Assembly: GCF_964194155.1 (NCBI RefSeq)
Contig: NC_135882.1
Span: forward strand, 15,128,001-15,192,000
Source: Cetorhinus maximus
Taxonomy: Eukaryota
Reading direction: 5' to 3'
DNA length: 64,000 nt
Below the pieces are notes generated by a model, which made no database searches, was not told the DNA's origin, and saw only the letters and a list, made by a program, of their open reading frames with translations. Position 1 is the first letter of the stretch; every line of letters starts with the position of its first letter. Below, piece by piece: positions 1-13,661 of this stretch. A program made the position numbers and the translations under genes.

Positions 1-352
1 ATTAAAATTATGGGAGGGTTTGATAGGGTGGGTGTAGAGACGATGTTACAAATCTGGGGGAGTCCAAGACTAGAGTTCATAAATATAAGATAATCACTAA
101 TAAATCCAATAAGGAATTCAGGAGAAATTTCTTTACCTAGAAAGTGGAACTCACTACCATGGAGAGTGGTTGAAGTGAATAGCAGAGATGTATTTAAGGA
201 ATAGCTACATAAACACGAGAGAGAGAGAAAGGAATAGAAAGGTATGTTAATAGGGTTAGATGAAAAGGAATGGGTGGAGGCTTGAGTGCAGCATAAACAC
301 TAACTTGTTGGGCTGAATGGTTTGTTTCTGTGCTGTACAGTCTCTGTAATTC
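1..352 (+). mobile_element. CR1-type LINE 3' end fragment
   Basis: Degenerate ORF2 C-terminus (aggagaaatttctttacc...tggaactcactacca) followed by a CR1-like tail (gggctgaatgg...tctgtgctgta...ctctgtaattc). Confidence 0.7.
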
Positions 353-1563
353 TGTCTGCCCTCCACATAAACCAAACAGCAAAGAGGAAGGGGCATAGTA
401 ATGAACATGGCATCTGCCATGATATGTAAAGGGCTGACAGTGTTCTACAGCAACAATAAAAGCAGAGAAATCATTTTACTTAAATGCTAAAAGCCAAAAC
501 AGTTAAAGCTGGTCTCTTTAAGATAGTGACTATAAGATAGCGTAGAAATCAGGTGAGCAGTAAATTCCTGGGACCAGGTTGACCTTCAACTGTACCCTAA
601 TAGACTGTGCTAATAGGATAAAATTGACTCTTTGATGTTTATTTGCTTGAAACCTGATGTGCAGTCAGGAACAGGCACAACAAAAGCCATAGAGGGAGTT
701 AGTGAGCAGTGTTGGAGCAAAATAAGGGTCAATGATTTGCACCCATTTTTCCTCTTCATTCTACCCACTTTTTGGGTGCAATTTGGGAGCAGGGCAGGGG
801 AAAATTGGCCTTCACATATTTGATGGCGTTTAAGGGCATATTTTCCTGCTTTACAAAATAGAAGAGGAAGAAGGTTTTTTTAAATCTTTTATTAACATTA
901 AGCCGAGTGGTGTGTGAAAGTACAATTTTGCTGGGTAATTAGCTAACTAGGATTTAGTGAATAAAAATGATGGAAAATGAGCCAATCATTAGCTGTATGG
1001 AAGCAGTTGAATTGCACTTTAAGTGGTAGAAATGACACAGAGTTGGGAATCCAGCTGTGTAGTGTGAACCTCTACTTAACAGCTCAAGGAGAATGAAATT
1101 CCCACACTTCAGTCCTTTTATACTGTGTAAGCACATGCGGATGATCAAACAAGGCTGCTAGTTAAAATCCGTTAATCGACAGATGATCAGATCTTTGAAC
1201 ACGGTTGGTGGACACTTTAATTTGCTCTTTAATTATATGACAGGAATAAAAAACCAGGCTGCACAAAGTGAGAAGTGCAATGCAAAAAGCTAAAATGACT
1301 GGAAGAAAAATTACAATCGGAATAAAACACAAACTCATTGGAGCAAGAAAGCTTCTCTGAGGGATGCACCCTTTTCTCTGCGTGTTTGCTCTTTCACATT
1401 CTGATTTCTTGCTATTAATAATTTGCTTTCAAATGTGTGGGTAAGAGAGGTTTGTAGTAGCAGCACAGTTTTAACAACAGCAAAGGAGCTGGGGGTGGGA
1501 TGTAACACTCCTCAGGATGATTATGATCAAGGTGAGGAAGGAAGAGTTTATCTCTAAGGGGAT

Positions 1564-1950
1564 GGTGGCATGGTGGCAGTGTTACTTGACCAGTAATTCA
1601 GGGGTGCAGACTAAAACTTGGGGGACATGAGTTCAAATCCCACAACAGCTTGTGGAATTTAAATTCAATTCAATAATAAACCTGGAACAATGTGTTAGTC
1701 TCATTAATAATTATCATGAAACTACCAGATTGTTTTTTATATTTAAAAAAAAAACCCATCTGGTTCGCTAATGTCCTTCAGGGAAGGAAACCTGCCATAA
1801 TGTGACTCCAGACATACAGCAATGTAGTTGACTCTTAACTGCCCTTGGGCCTACTGAGTTGTCAGCGGGTCACCACCACCTGCTCAAGGCCAATTAGGGA
1901 TGGATATGAAATTCTGGGTTTAGTGACACTTGCATCCCAAGAGCAAATTT
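1564..1950 (+). mobile_element. tRNA-derived SINE, copy 1
   Basis: A-box-like ggtggcatggtgg and B-box gagttcaaatccc. Body is shared with copies at 16618 and 20833. Tail caccaccacctgctcaaggccaattagggatgg matches the APE-RT LINE 3' end. Confidence 0.75.
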
Positions 1951-1974
1951 AAAAAAAACCTTTCCTAAATCAGA

Positions 1975-2582
1975 GGGCGGAGAAATTCATCCCCATTGCA
2001 CCCAGTTTTTGGGTGAAATATTAGCATGGAGGAACCAATTTTAAGGCCTTATCTTTCACACCTGATCTCCCTTGAAGGCTTGACTGTCAAATTGGAAGTG
2101 AGTGAGTTCAGGGTCCGAATGCCTGCTTCAGGGCCCCTCTCCCAAATGTGGCATAAACTGAGCAGTTCTTCTCGGTTTACAGTGGCCCAATCACCCAGCC
2201 TCAAGGGTATGTAGGGAGCTGTCAATGCACTAGATTCACGATAATACAGTTGTCAGCTGCCACATAGAGTTCTCCTGTCTCGGGTTCACCTCTCTCCCAG
2301 GACCCATCTGCGGCCTGTCATTGGCGTTGGAACGAGACGATTTTTGGGAGACCCTGACCCATGAGATTCCTTGATGGCTATTGGCACCTGCTTGCTGGTT
2401 TCAGGCAGAGGAGGCCTGAGGCCTAGTTTTCATTGAGACTGGCCAATGTTTTCATTGAGAAAGGTATTTTCCATTTGAAAACAAAAGATTACCTCCTATT
2501 AATTCCCACCAGTTGCTATGAGATTTGGCTCTTCAACTTCATTTTTCTTTCTGACTGAAAAATCTAGACAAATTCTAGCCTT
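1975..2582. mobile_element. Old MITE-like non-autonomous DNA element
   Basis: Imperfect terminal inverted match gggcggagaaattc ... aaattctagcc, resembling the GGGC..RATTT ends of the Harbinger MITEs in this window. Confidence 0.3.
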
Positions 2583-3019
2583 GATGTTCCACCATGTCAG
2601 GCCTGTCCTAAATAATTGGCCTTGAACTGAGTGAGGAATTGACATTTTTACTTGGCTGCATTAAACTTTTCAGTTGTTTTTGAGCACTGACATCGGTTCC
2701 AGGACTGGAAACTTGGTAATAGCCCATGAGAGATGGATTTCCAAATTCCATCAATTTGCGTTCTCCTCAATCTACAGCCCTAAATTATTGTGGGGGAGGG
2801 ACACTTCTTGCACCCATCCCTTTACAACTGACGTCAAAGAGGTTGGACTAGTTTTATGGCATCACCTCCAGAACCTCCGCCAATCCCACCTCTGGTGTTC
2901 CTCAATGTACTGTACCCCTGTAAACTGGCCAAGCTGGAGCCCACCAGGATGGCAAAGGCTAGTAATCTATCAGCAGACAGATTTGGAAGGTAACTTTACT
3001 AGAAAAGGGGCTCCTTTAA

Positions 3020-3350
3020 AAGAATCTTGGAATTGTACAGCTTAGTAGGGGGCCATTCAGCCCATTGTGCTCAAGCTGGCTCTTTGAAAGAGCTATCCAA
3101 TTAGTCCCACTCACCCTCTCTTTCCCTATAGCCCCATAGTTTTTCTTTTCTTTCAAATATTTACCTGATTCCCTTTTGGAAGTTATTACTGAACCTCCTA
3201 CCACCACCCTTACAGGCACTGCATTCCATGTCATCATAACTCACTGTGTAAAAAGAGGAAAAAAAAAGCTTCCTCATGCTGTCTTTCGTTCTCTTGCCAT
3301 TCAACTGAAATCTGTGTCCTCTGGTTACTGACCCCACTGCCACTGGAAAC
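3020..3350 (-). mobile_element. CR1-type LINE 3' end fragment
   Basis: Reverse complement of the CR1 tail (ggccattcagccc). ORF 3161-3343 gives TRGHRFQL...MRKLFF, the CR1 ORF2 C-terminal motif. Confidence 0.7.
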
Positions 3351-6300
3351 CGGACCCGTCAGCCCTCTTCAACAGCTGGACAGCACCGCCATTGCGAACC
3401 ACCACCACAGCAGATACCCCATTTTCTCACCCGTTTGCTTTTTATATAAATTGCCTGACCTCCGGAATTGTAACTGGGTCAGCCACGTAAATAGGAAGTG
3501 CTGAGGAAGTCCACGTTATCACAGTGGAGCAGGACGATGGATAGTTGGCCCCAGTGTCTATCATGGGGTTGGTACTTCAACAACTTCCTAAACTTAGGAG
3601 AGTCCTTTAGGCTTCTTTGTAACATTGCTCCTGTTTAAGTGAGCACCCTAAGGATGGAATATTTATCTTAACCGTAGGCAAGTTGAGAAAATAAGGGAAT
3701 TGAATGGTAGCGTAGATTAACATCCTGTTCCTCCCTAACTTCTGGATTTTATTGCAAATCCAGCCAGAGAAATGAAATAAGTTAACTTTCTCTGCTAGCT
3801 GTCATGGCTCCAGGTGAAATGTTTTGGGGTGTACGCATCCTTGTTCTATTCACTATAAAAGATTCACTATCCAACACCAACACCGCTGACATGACTCAGC
3901 TTGTTAAATGCAAAAATTGATTGGCCAGTGCATCTATTTACATAAAAAGCCTTATGCCCAGTGCACATCTAGCTTGCAAAACCCATCTGTCACATTTGGA
4001 CATGACTGCTTCAAACAAAGAATGATTGTTGCATCAAATATAACTAGGCAACAGGGAAAATTACCAGTGAGACATCTGCAGCTTAAATCTACCATTGAAT
4101 AACCCCAGTAAGCATAAATAAGCTACAAATGAGCAAATAATAAGCATCAGAAAGATGCCCATCAAGTTATTCAATACATTTTTCCTTGGTTTCTTAGTAA
4201 TCTTAGGTTAAGTGCTGAAAGTAAATTTTCTAATCTAATAAAAGTCCAAAAAAAAATTAAGCAGCACAACCATTAAACTTAACTTGACAGTTCCCTCTGA
4301 AGCCACTGAAATAATTATTGGGGCAGATATTGCTCTCAAGATAAGGGTGAGGCTGACGGCGATTCCCATTATTTATGCATAAATGCTACTGCAAATTCAG
4401 GTGTGGAGCAGATGAGTGATTAAACACCAATGTCCAAAGTTGCTGCAGAGATGTGCCATTCCATTGTTATCTTCGTGAAAGCGACATCTTTCTGTCTGTC
4501 TGTCTCACCATTGAAATACATTGTACGGTAAGTTGCTGTATTGCATGGTAGGTACAACCTAAGTTCATCACAGGAAGTTAAATCTTGTCCATTTTAATCT
4601 AAATATCCTTCTAATAATGTGATAAATGTTAACTACTGGCACTCAACCTCTCTGGCACTGAAAATTAATTAGCAGAAGTATAGAATATCATTCCTCCAGG
4701 TTTGAATTGTTGTTGGAAATTTAAAAAAAATATCAAATTTAACTTCTTAAAAAAAACTTTTCCTTTCTGTTTCCTTTTTCTCTATCAATCCAATCTGGTT
4801 TTTTTTCTCACTTCTCTTTCCATACCTGATTTGGCTTTGAATTTGCACTCTGGAATTTACACTTTTTTTTCTCAGCCCTTACACTGTTAATTTCACAATC
4901 ATTCAAACTGTGGTTAAGGAGATATATACAGTTGATTGCCTGGTCACTCAGGTTTTAGCAGCACTGTTTCCCTTGATGTGCAACACGCACTCTCAGCAAC
5001 TTGCCATGCAAAATATTTTAAAACCTCAACACACAAGGACATATGCCGTTAGATACATTGCTACAGGAAAACCTGGACCAATAATTTCCCTTCACAGCCC
5101 CTCTTTGACCCCTTAGCAGCATGTGACATGTGATCGTTGTGTACCCAGGCATTCCTGAATGAAGAGGGTCCAACAGATAGTGGACCCTATCTTCCAGAAT
5201 GCAGAAAAACCTATCCCTATCACCTGAATCTGATGAAAACATTTGTCTTTGGATAGCATGGATAGCATGGCATGCTCGGTAAATAGCCAGTCTTACTGTC
5301 AACCAAAAAGGAATTCAGTTTTTCTAATGACCCACAAAATTTTGTAGCGGTAGATAACACATTTTGGAGCGACAGGTGAAAGGCACTAAATACCAACAAT
5401 TTTTAAGTGATTAACAGCAAGGTTGACCATTCTAAGAGCTCATTGTAAACCATCTGGTTGGTTTAGTGAAGCAAAGAAAAATCTGTCAGTGCTGGACCAG
5501 AGTAGGCGTGAATTTCTGAACCACATTTGAAGTAATTTTGGCAGCAAGGATAATGCAACCATCTGTATTCAGGTGTTTGTATTATCGGAGATCACAATAA
5601 TAGTGCAAACATCACCAGCATCCACCACAAACTCAACCCTTGGTTTCCACTTCAGACCTCTGTCTCAGCCTCCTGGTGTACTCAAACTCTAGTAACAACT
5701 CCTCCTGCTCCTCACCTTGGACTCACTTGTCCCTAGTTATCAGGTAACAATAAACAGACTATTATGGCCCCTCTTGTATTCTAAACTCCATTCTCTCTCT
5801 CTCTCTCTCTGCTTTTCAGTTCCACTCCCAGCCTGTTTGTTGCATCCTCACATGATTGTGCCACTCCACTCCATTCCCCTGCCAGCTTTTCTATTCCCTG
5901 GGCCCATGCCCAAGCCTACCCAAGACCAACACAACTGGGTGTTTGTGGTATTACATTTGAGGTTTATAAGGTTATTGTGTTTTGGGATTGTATCTTTAAA
6001 TTTGGGGTTATGTGAGTTTTTCAATAAACTTGTGTGCTTTGGTTGTAAGAGTTCAAAAGAAGGCTTAGACTGTTTTATTGTAGAGAAGGTGCAAGGTATT
6101 TATGCTTGGAGACAATAACAGCAGCAGGCATGTTAACAGTGGAGACTGAGTCTCCCAAACACCCAGAATGGTGTTGAAAGTATCGAGTTGTAAATAGTTG
6201 TGCAGTAAACTCTTCATTTACTTAGCCATAGAAAGATTAGGGGTGCAGAAAGAGGCCATTCAGTCCATCATGTCTGCAGAGGCCATAAAAAGAAAATAAA

Positions 6301-6568
6301 GAAACTAGCCGCTCATTTTTAATCCCACTTTCCAGCACCTAGTCCGTGGCCTTGCAGGTTACAGCGCTTTAGATGCAGATCCAGGTACCTTTTAAATGAG
6401 TTGTGCATTTCAGCCTCTAGGTGAAAAAGTTTATCCTCATGTATTCTCTAATCCTCTACAAATCACCTTAAATCTATGCCCTTGGTAATTAACTCCTCAG
6501 CTATGGGAAACAGGTCTTTCCTGTCTACCTTATCTAGGCCCCTCATAATTTTGCACACCTCAATTAGG

Positions 6569-9500
6569 TCACCCCCTTAGCCTTAAGGAAAACAACCCTA
6601 GCCTATCCAATCTTTCTTCATAGCTGCAATTTTCAAGCCCTGGCAACATTCTTGTAAATCTCCTCTGTACTCTCTCCAGAGCAATTATGTCCTTCCTATA
6701 ATGTGGGGACCAGGACTGTGTATACAATTCCAGCTGTGGCCTAACCAGTGTTTTATACAGATCCAGCATTACATGCCCGCTTTTGTATTCAATCCCTCGC
6801 CTAATAAATGAAAGCATTCCATATGCTTTCTTTACCACCTTATCCACCTGTCCTGTCACCTTCAAGGACCTGTGGACATGCACTCCAAGGTCTCTCACTT
6901 CCTCAACCCCTCTCAATATCCTCCCATTTATTGAGTATTCCCTTGCTTTTTTTGCCCTCTCAAAATCCATTACCTTACACTTCTCTGGGTTAAATTCCAT
7001 TTGCCACTTCTCCGCCCACTCAACCAAACCATTGATATAATTCTGGCAACAACAGCTATCCTCCCCAGTATCAACTACATGACCAATTTTTCATCACCCA
7101 CAAGTTTCCCAATCATGTTTCCACAGTTAAGTCCAACTCTTTAATATATATGACAAATGGCAAGGGCCCCAATACTGAGCCCTGTGGAATGTCACTTGAA
7201 ACTGCTTTCTATTTGCAAAAACATCCATCGACCATTACCCTTTGTTTCCTGTCACTGAGCCAATTTTGGATCCAACTCACCACCTTACCCTGTATCCCAT
7301 GGGATCTCACTTTTCTGACCAGTTTGCCATGTGGGACCTTGTCAAATGCCTTACTAAAACCCATCTAGACAACATCAACTGCACTACCCTTATCAATCCT
7401 CCTTGTTACTTTTTCAAAAAATTCTGTTAAGTTAGTAAGACACGATCTTCCCCGAACAAAACTATGCTGACTATCCCTGATCAATTCATGCCTTCCTAAG
7501 TGACAGTCTACCCTGTCTCTCAGAATTGATTCCAATAATTTGCCCATCACCAGAGTCAAAATTTTCTGGCCTATCCCTTGCACCCTTTTTAAATATTGTT
7601 GCAACATTCGCAGACCTCCAATCTTCTGGTATCTTGCTTGTATCTAGTGAGGATTGGGAAAATGATCCTCAGAGCACCCACTATTTCCCCACTGGCTTCC
7701 TTTAACAGCCTGGGATACAATCCATCCAACCCTGGTGTTTTATCCACCTTTAAGGATGCCAGCCCCTCCAGTGCTTCCCCTCTCATTATGCTTATTATAT
7801 CTAATATTTCGCACTCTTCCTCTTTAATTAGAATGTCTGCATCATCCTTCCTCTTAGTGAAGACAGAGATAAAGTACTCATTGAGAACCTTGCCAACATC
7901 TTCAGCATCAACTCACAAGTTACCATGTATCATGAGAGGCCCTACTCTTTCCTTAGGGGCACGATTTTCAGCTCGGTGTGCGGATGCATGCCTGATACGC
8001 CTGAGCATGAAATAGCATGCGATGACATCAGGTGAGCGTTCTGACATCATCGCGCACTTGTACGATATGTTGGTCGGTGGGCATGCGTGCGAGTCGGCAT
8101 CACGCCCGCCGACAATTAAGAGGCCTATTGAGGCCCTTAAAGTGGTATTAAGCTGAATTTTTTGCTGCCCCTTCAACCTTATGGTTGGCGGGCAGGCGAA
8201 TAGGCCAGGCGGCCTTTGCATTTTTTGTGAAACCTCATCCACGGGCGGGATGAGGTTTCCAATAGTGAACAACAAAAGAATAAAAACTTTTTAAACTCAT
8301 TTTCAACATGTCCCTGCCCATGTGACACAGTCACGTGGGGACACGTTTCCCTTATTTTTCAAATCTTTATATTTCATTTTTTAAATCCTTCGGCTCCCTG
8401 AGGCAACTCTGTGCCTTCAGGGAGCTTTCAGTGAGCGCACCCCTGCACATGCGCAAACTTTAGCGCTCGCGCTCCTCCCGACAGCGCTGAGGCTCCCAGC
8501 GTGCGTTTCACACTGGCTGGCCGTTAATTGACCAGCCAATGTGAAATTGCGGTTGGGGCCTGATCACGGGTGGTGGGCCATTTCACAGCCACTCCCGGGC
8601 CCGCCCGACGAGAGGAGAATCCTCCCCTAGTTATCCTCTTGCTCTTTAATGTACTGATAAAACGTCTTTGGGTTTTCTTTGATTTTTACCTGCCAATTTT
8701 TAATTGTATCCTCTCTTTGCTTTCCTAATTTCCTTTTTTATTTCACCCCTGTACTTTCTATACTCCTCTCGGCTTTCTACAGTATTAAGCTTTTCGTGAC
8801 CGTCATAAGCACTCGTTTTCTGCTTTATCTTACGCTGCATGCTTCTGGATAACCAGGGGGCTGTAGATTTGGTAGTAACACCCTTTTTCTTTGTGGGGAC
8901 ATGTCTACACTCTGCCTGTAGAATCTTGCTTTTGAATACCTCCCACTGATTTGATACTGCTTTCCCTTCTAGTAGCTGTATCCAGTACACATTCGCCAGT
9001 TTACCTCTCAGCTTTGTAAAATTTGTCTTCCCCCAATTTAGAACTTATACTCTTGTTCTATCTTTGTCCTTTTCCATAATGATGATAAATCTAACTGTAG
9101 TATGGTCACTATCTCCAAAATGGTTCCCCATTGCTTCTTCATCCACTTGCCCAGCTTCATTTCCTAAGACTAAATCTAGAATTGCGCCTCATCTCGCTGG
9201 GTTTGTTATGTGCTGGCTGAAAAAATTCTCTTGAATGCAGTTCAAGAATGCTGTGCCCTCTGTGTCATTCACACTGTTTGTATCCCAATTGATATTAGGG
9301 TACTTGAAGTCTCCAACTATTACTGCCCTATTGTTTTTGCACTCAGACACTTGCCTACATATTTGCTCTTCCACTATTTGGGGGTCTATGGTACACTCCT
9401 AGCAATGTGGCTGCCTGTTTTTTTTTTATTTCTGAGCTCAACCCATATGGCCTCATTTGATGCTTCATTTGGTATATCATCCCTCCTCACAGCTGTAATT

Positions 9501-9726
9501 GTTTCTTTAACCAATAATGCTACACCCACAACTTTTTTTCCCCCTCTCTATTCTGCCTGAAAACTCTATATCCAGGGATGTTGAGCTGCCACTTTTGCCC
9601 CTCTTTAAGCCAAGTTTCCATTATAGCGATGACAGCATGCTGCCATGTATCTATCTGTGCCCTCAGCTCAATGGCTTTATTTGCTATACTTCTTGCATTT
9701 ACATATACATCCTTTAATGCTGCCAA
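6569..9726 (-). pseudogene. CR1 ORF2 endonuclease/reverse transcriptase, disrupted
   Basis: ORF fragments 9520-9726, 9189-9374, 8700-8990, 7589-7786, 7365-7607 and 6569-7027 carry APE and RT motifs in the expected order. Confidence 0.9.
7957..8627 (+). mobile_element. PIF/Harbinger-type MITE, copy 1, inserted in the CR1
   Basis: TIRs gggcacgatttt / agaatcctcccc and 3-bp TSD TAG (7954-7956, 8628-8630). Removing it restores ctttccttagttatcc. Homologous to four other copies. Confidence 0.85.
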
Positions 9727-9911
9727 ATTCCTGAACTGTACACTTTTTTAACCTATGCTGCTGCTTCTGTCTTTCAGAGTCACCCACTATTTCTCCATCT
9801 CCTGCCTGCTGTTCTGAATTTACCCTCAGGTTCCTAGCCCCCTGCCAATCTAGTTTAAACCCCACCCCTCACACCCCTCCTCCTCCTCCTCCCTCAACCT
9901 CCACAACAGCA

Positions 9912-10375
9912 CTAGCAAATCTCCCTGTGAGGATATTCATCCCAGTCCTGTTCAGGTGAAGACTGTCCGGCTTGTACACGTCCCAACTTCGCCAGAATCG
10001 ATCCCCAGTTGCTCAGAAATCTGATGCCCTCCATTCTAGCTTTCCAGCCACGTATTCTCCTATTTCTATCCTCACTATCACGTGGCACTGGGCATAATCC
10101 TGAGATTACTGCTTTAGAGGTCTTGCTTTTCAACCTCCTTTCTAGCTCCCTGAAATCTACTTTCAGGACCTCATCCCTTTCCTACCTAATTCATTGGTAC
10201 CAACGTGGACCATGACCTCTGGCTGATGACCCTCCCCCAGAAGAATGTCCTGCAGCCGCTCCATGACATCCTTGACCCTGGCTGCAGGGAGGCAACATAT
10301 TGTCCTGGAGTCACCACAGAAACGCCTGTCTGTTCCTCTAAATAACAAATCCCCTACCACTACTGCTCTTCCTCC
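9912..10375 (-). pseudogene. CR1 ORF1 SGNH/GDSL esterase domain remnant
   Basis: VVGDLLFRG (degenerate GDS block), CLPAARVKDV and VMVHVGTNE (GxND block), lying upstream of ORF2. Confidence 0.8.
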
Positions 10376-11209
10376 CCTCCTGCACAGCAGAGGCGCCTAT
10401 GGTGTTGCAAACCTGGCCCTGACTGCACTCTTCCAAGGAACAAATGCCCTCACCAGTATCCAAAATGGAAAACCAATTGGCGAGCAGGACCCCAGGGGAG
10501 TCCTTCTAAGATGAAAGAGAGTTAGTATCGAATAGCTGGTCAGCATTTCAACCCAAATGCCAGATTAATGTGTATCATGTTGCCATGGGGAAGTAATTTT
10601 TGAGATTGGGTTACAGGCTTCCCTACAAATCAATGAATATCACAGACATACAATGGTTTCTGTGTGGTCAGCCAAGGGAAAGGCTCTTTGGCTTTGTGAG
10701 TTACCACAGTGGATATGGGAGGGAGAGGGTCTCTAATGGAAGAGAAACATCCTGCATCCATCTATGGATTCTGGGTGCTTTGTCTTGGCATGGCCAGGGG
10801 GAAGAATAATTATTAGAACAGGCTTTACTGCTAATAGTGGCTTTAGGAAAGTCAATGAAAATGAAGGAAAGCGTATGGAGAAAGTTGCTCAAAGTTATTA
10901 CTCGGTGAAATGGGGATATGCAAACCCACTGGAAGCTGGGAGCACTTGTGGACGGTTTGCTGTAAGGACTGTAACTGTGCATAGAGTGCAATGTGTGATA
11001 AGTATAAAAGGGGAACGTTCCCCTCAAGTTCAAAATATAAGTTGCATAAAAAAGAAAATAATGTTTAGCCAATCCTGCTTTTAATCATTTGTTGCAGTAA
11101 AAGCTAAAACAATGCTGTGCTGAGATGCAGACATCCTGCTTTTCTTAGACAGTCTACACTTCTTAATGGCAAGCTATGCAGAATAATATTGCTGCAATTT
11201 AATGCCAGG

Positions 11210-12760
11210 ACAGGGACAGTGTTCCAGGGTGATGGTTATGGCACTGGCGGCATTAGTGGTGGAGGTGGGCAGAACGCAAGATGACATAATGTCCTAGTGG
11301 GGAGGGGCAGGAAGCCCTCAAAGACCACCTTCAGAAGGAAATGGAACCGGTGGGCAAAGAAGTCAACTCTTGGAGTCTGGACCTGTGGACCCACCACCAG
11401 TGCCACAAGGAGTCTGATGACCTCAGGCGAGAGGTCAAGGTCCATGAAGGCATCTTTATATGACATCCCCTAGCTACCACGCTCACAAGCTTCTCAAAGC
11501 AGCAGCCCTCCCCACCTCCACCGACCCCATCACCCGCCCAGCTGCACTCCCTGACACTCAGAGCTCACAGCCAACATCCAAAGACTTGACCTTACCCTCA
11601 CACACCTACCAATGCTGCAGCCTCACAGCTGCCTCTCACTGGCTCCACATTTCCCCAGCTATTCAGCTATGGCAGGCATATCACCCAAACACAGTTCTAC
11701 ACAACACTGACATTCTTCCCTCTGTCTCGCAGGACAAGGTGGCACATGATAGATGGAAGCAGAGCAGAACTCGTAAGGAACAAGTACACCTCGGTCTCCT
11801 GAGCCCTATACGGGAGATGGCCCACAGCCGGCAGTGACACAATCATTTGGTGTCAATGGAAACATTGAAGATGATGCTATATCCCTGCTATATACACCTT
11901 GTCATCTTACAGCTCACCCCCATCCTGCTTGCTATCTGGCACAAAGTGCAAGCTGCTGATGGTGTTACCACTGACCTCTTGCTTTTCATTCAAACCTCTT
12001 CCCTCACTCCAACCTTCCCTTTTTTGGTACCTGCTTTAAGAACCCAGGAACTGTCACCTGCCTAGCCACAGCAGCCAGGAGGAGGACAGAGCACAGCACA
12101 GGGCTGGTGAAGAGGACCCGTCACTTGATCTGACATTTGCAACAGGCAGCTCAGATAGGCTGGTATAGAGTTGGGGTCAACATGTGGTGAGCCAGCAGGC
12201 TTGAGTGGGCTGCGACCAGCCAGGGTAAAGGATGGTCCGCTTGCTATCATGCTGGAGGATGAGGTCATAGTCAAACTCTGCTGCAAGGGGCTCAGGTGAG
12301 GACATCAATGAGATGGCATACAGGAAAACGCTAATGGGCATGTACACCGAGAGGTTTGGCGCATTGGCTGTCCTGTCATACAGCCTCCTGTCACTGTCAA
12401 GCAGAATGGAAGAATCAGGATCCATACTTGGCAGAGGGCATCACGCAGAGTTTGCCCTCTCTGCAGCCTCTGCCATATTTCCCTGTTATGTAACCCAGAG
12501 GTTCTGCCACTCCAACCCCCATGTCTGTTGCAGCCATTGTATGGACAGGTCACTTAATCCTCTGCTGTCTGTGAGGCTGCAGCAATACACTGTGGAAAAT
12601 CCAGGAGCTCGCCACGACGCCTTCAAAAACACTCCACAGCAACTTCCAGACACATTGCAATAGCAGGAATCCTTTAAATAATTACCTTGCCTGCCTTTTG
12701 GGTGCCTGGCGCTTTAAATAATGCTAGGGCCCATCTGACCAGCTGTTATTTGCGGAGTGA
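11210..12760 (+). mobile_element. Degenerate Harbinger remnant (Myb/SANT-like gene exons)
   Basis: Myb-like remnant around 11330-11430 (EVNS...THHQCHKE). Acceptor ctgtctcgcag|DKVAHDRWKQSRT parallels KLAHNKRE..TGG of the 35859 exon. YRKTLMGMYTE..LA.L...RMEESGS is shared with 30184-30405. Confidence 0.55.
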
Positions 12761-13104
12761 TGTGTGAATTTGTTGCCTGGGCATGTGTGGCGTTGCATCA
12801 GCTGTTTGGGCTGTTGGGGATCAGCTCACCATTTCTACATATCCTTCTGACACACGCTGGGTGTGTAAATCCATGTGGGTGCCAATCTCAAGAGGATGCT
12901 CTCTGTGGGCTCTGGTGTCAGTGCAGCATGTCCCAGCAAAATGGCACCATGCCTTGCTATGGAGATGAAATTTGAGCCTCACGAGAATCAATTTGGAAAG
13001 AAAATCTGAAACTATCATATCAGGTATCAGAATAACACAGGCTCTTCCTGTCTGAGTCGTTATTCATGTTTTACTTTTAAGATGCTTCAAACTTGCTGTG
13101 CAAG

Positions 13105-13640
13105 TTACACCACCTGGCTCCTGAAAGCCTGTCCACCATCGACACGACACAAGTCAGGAGTGTGATGGAATACTCAAGAAGCTCGACACCATCCAGAACA
13201 AAGCAGCCCAGTTGAATGGCACCCCATCCACCACCTTAAACATTCGCTTTCTCCACCACAAGTACTAGCAGTGGCAGCAGTGTGTACTATCTACAAGATG
13301 CACTGCAGCAACTCACCATGACTCCTTCAACACCACCTTCCAAACCCGCAAGCTCTACCACCTAGAGGGACAGCAGATGCACGGGAACATCGCCACCTGG
13401 AAGTTCCCCTCCAAGCCTCACACCATCCTGACTTGGAAATATATCGCAGTTCCTTCACTGTCGCTGGGTCAAAATCCTGGAATTCCCTCCCTAACAGTGC
13501 TGTGGGTGTACCCACACCACATGGACTGAAGCAGTTCAAGATGGCAGCTCATGACCACCTCCTCAAGGACCATTAGGGATGGGTAATAAATTGTGGTCTA
13601 GTCAAGAAATGCCCATATCATGTGAAAGAAATTTTTTTTA
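13105..13640 (+). mobile_element. APE-RT LINE 3' fragment
   Basis: gtcaggagtgtgatggaatact...gtcaaaatcctggaattccctccctaacag...attagggatggg tail, same family as 48430-51330. Confidence 0.8.
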
Positions 13641-13661
13641 AAAAAAGGAACTAACTACATG

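Larger units (their letters stand above)
6230..10500 (-). mobile_element. Near-full-length decayed CR1 LINE (partial ORF1, ORF2 APE-RT, 3' tail), interrupted by a MITE at 7957-8627
   Basis: Collinear minus-strand peptides: esterase VGD..RGTDRRFCG...HVGTNE; APE YVNARSIANK...ETWL and VIVGDFKYPNINW; RT KTPGLDGLYPRLLKE, SQHSFVRGRSCLTNL, WQMEFNPEKCKVM, LYKTLVRPQLE. Many stops and frameshifts. Confidence 0.92.

Noticed and set aside
5018-5302. Possible host exon
   Set aside because: No frame gives a recognisable protein bounded by convincing splice sites.
5930-6120. LTR 3' end (aataaa ... taaca)
   Set aside because: No matching 5' end, TSD or second copy in the window.
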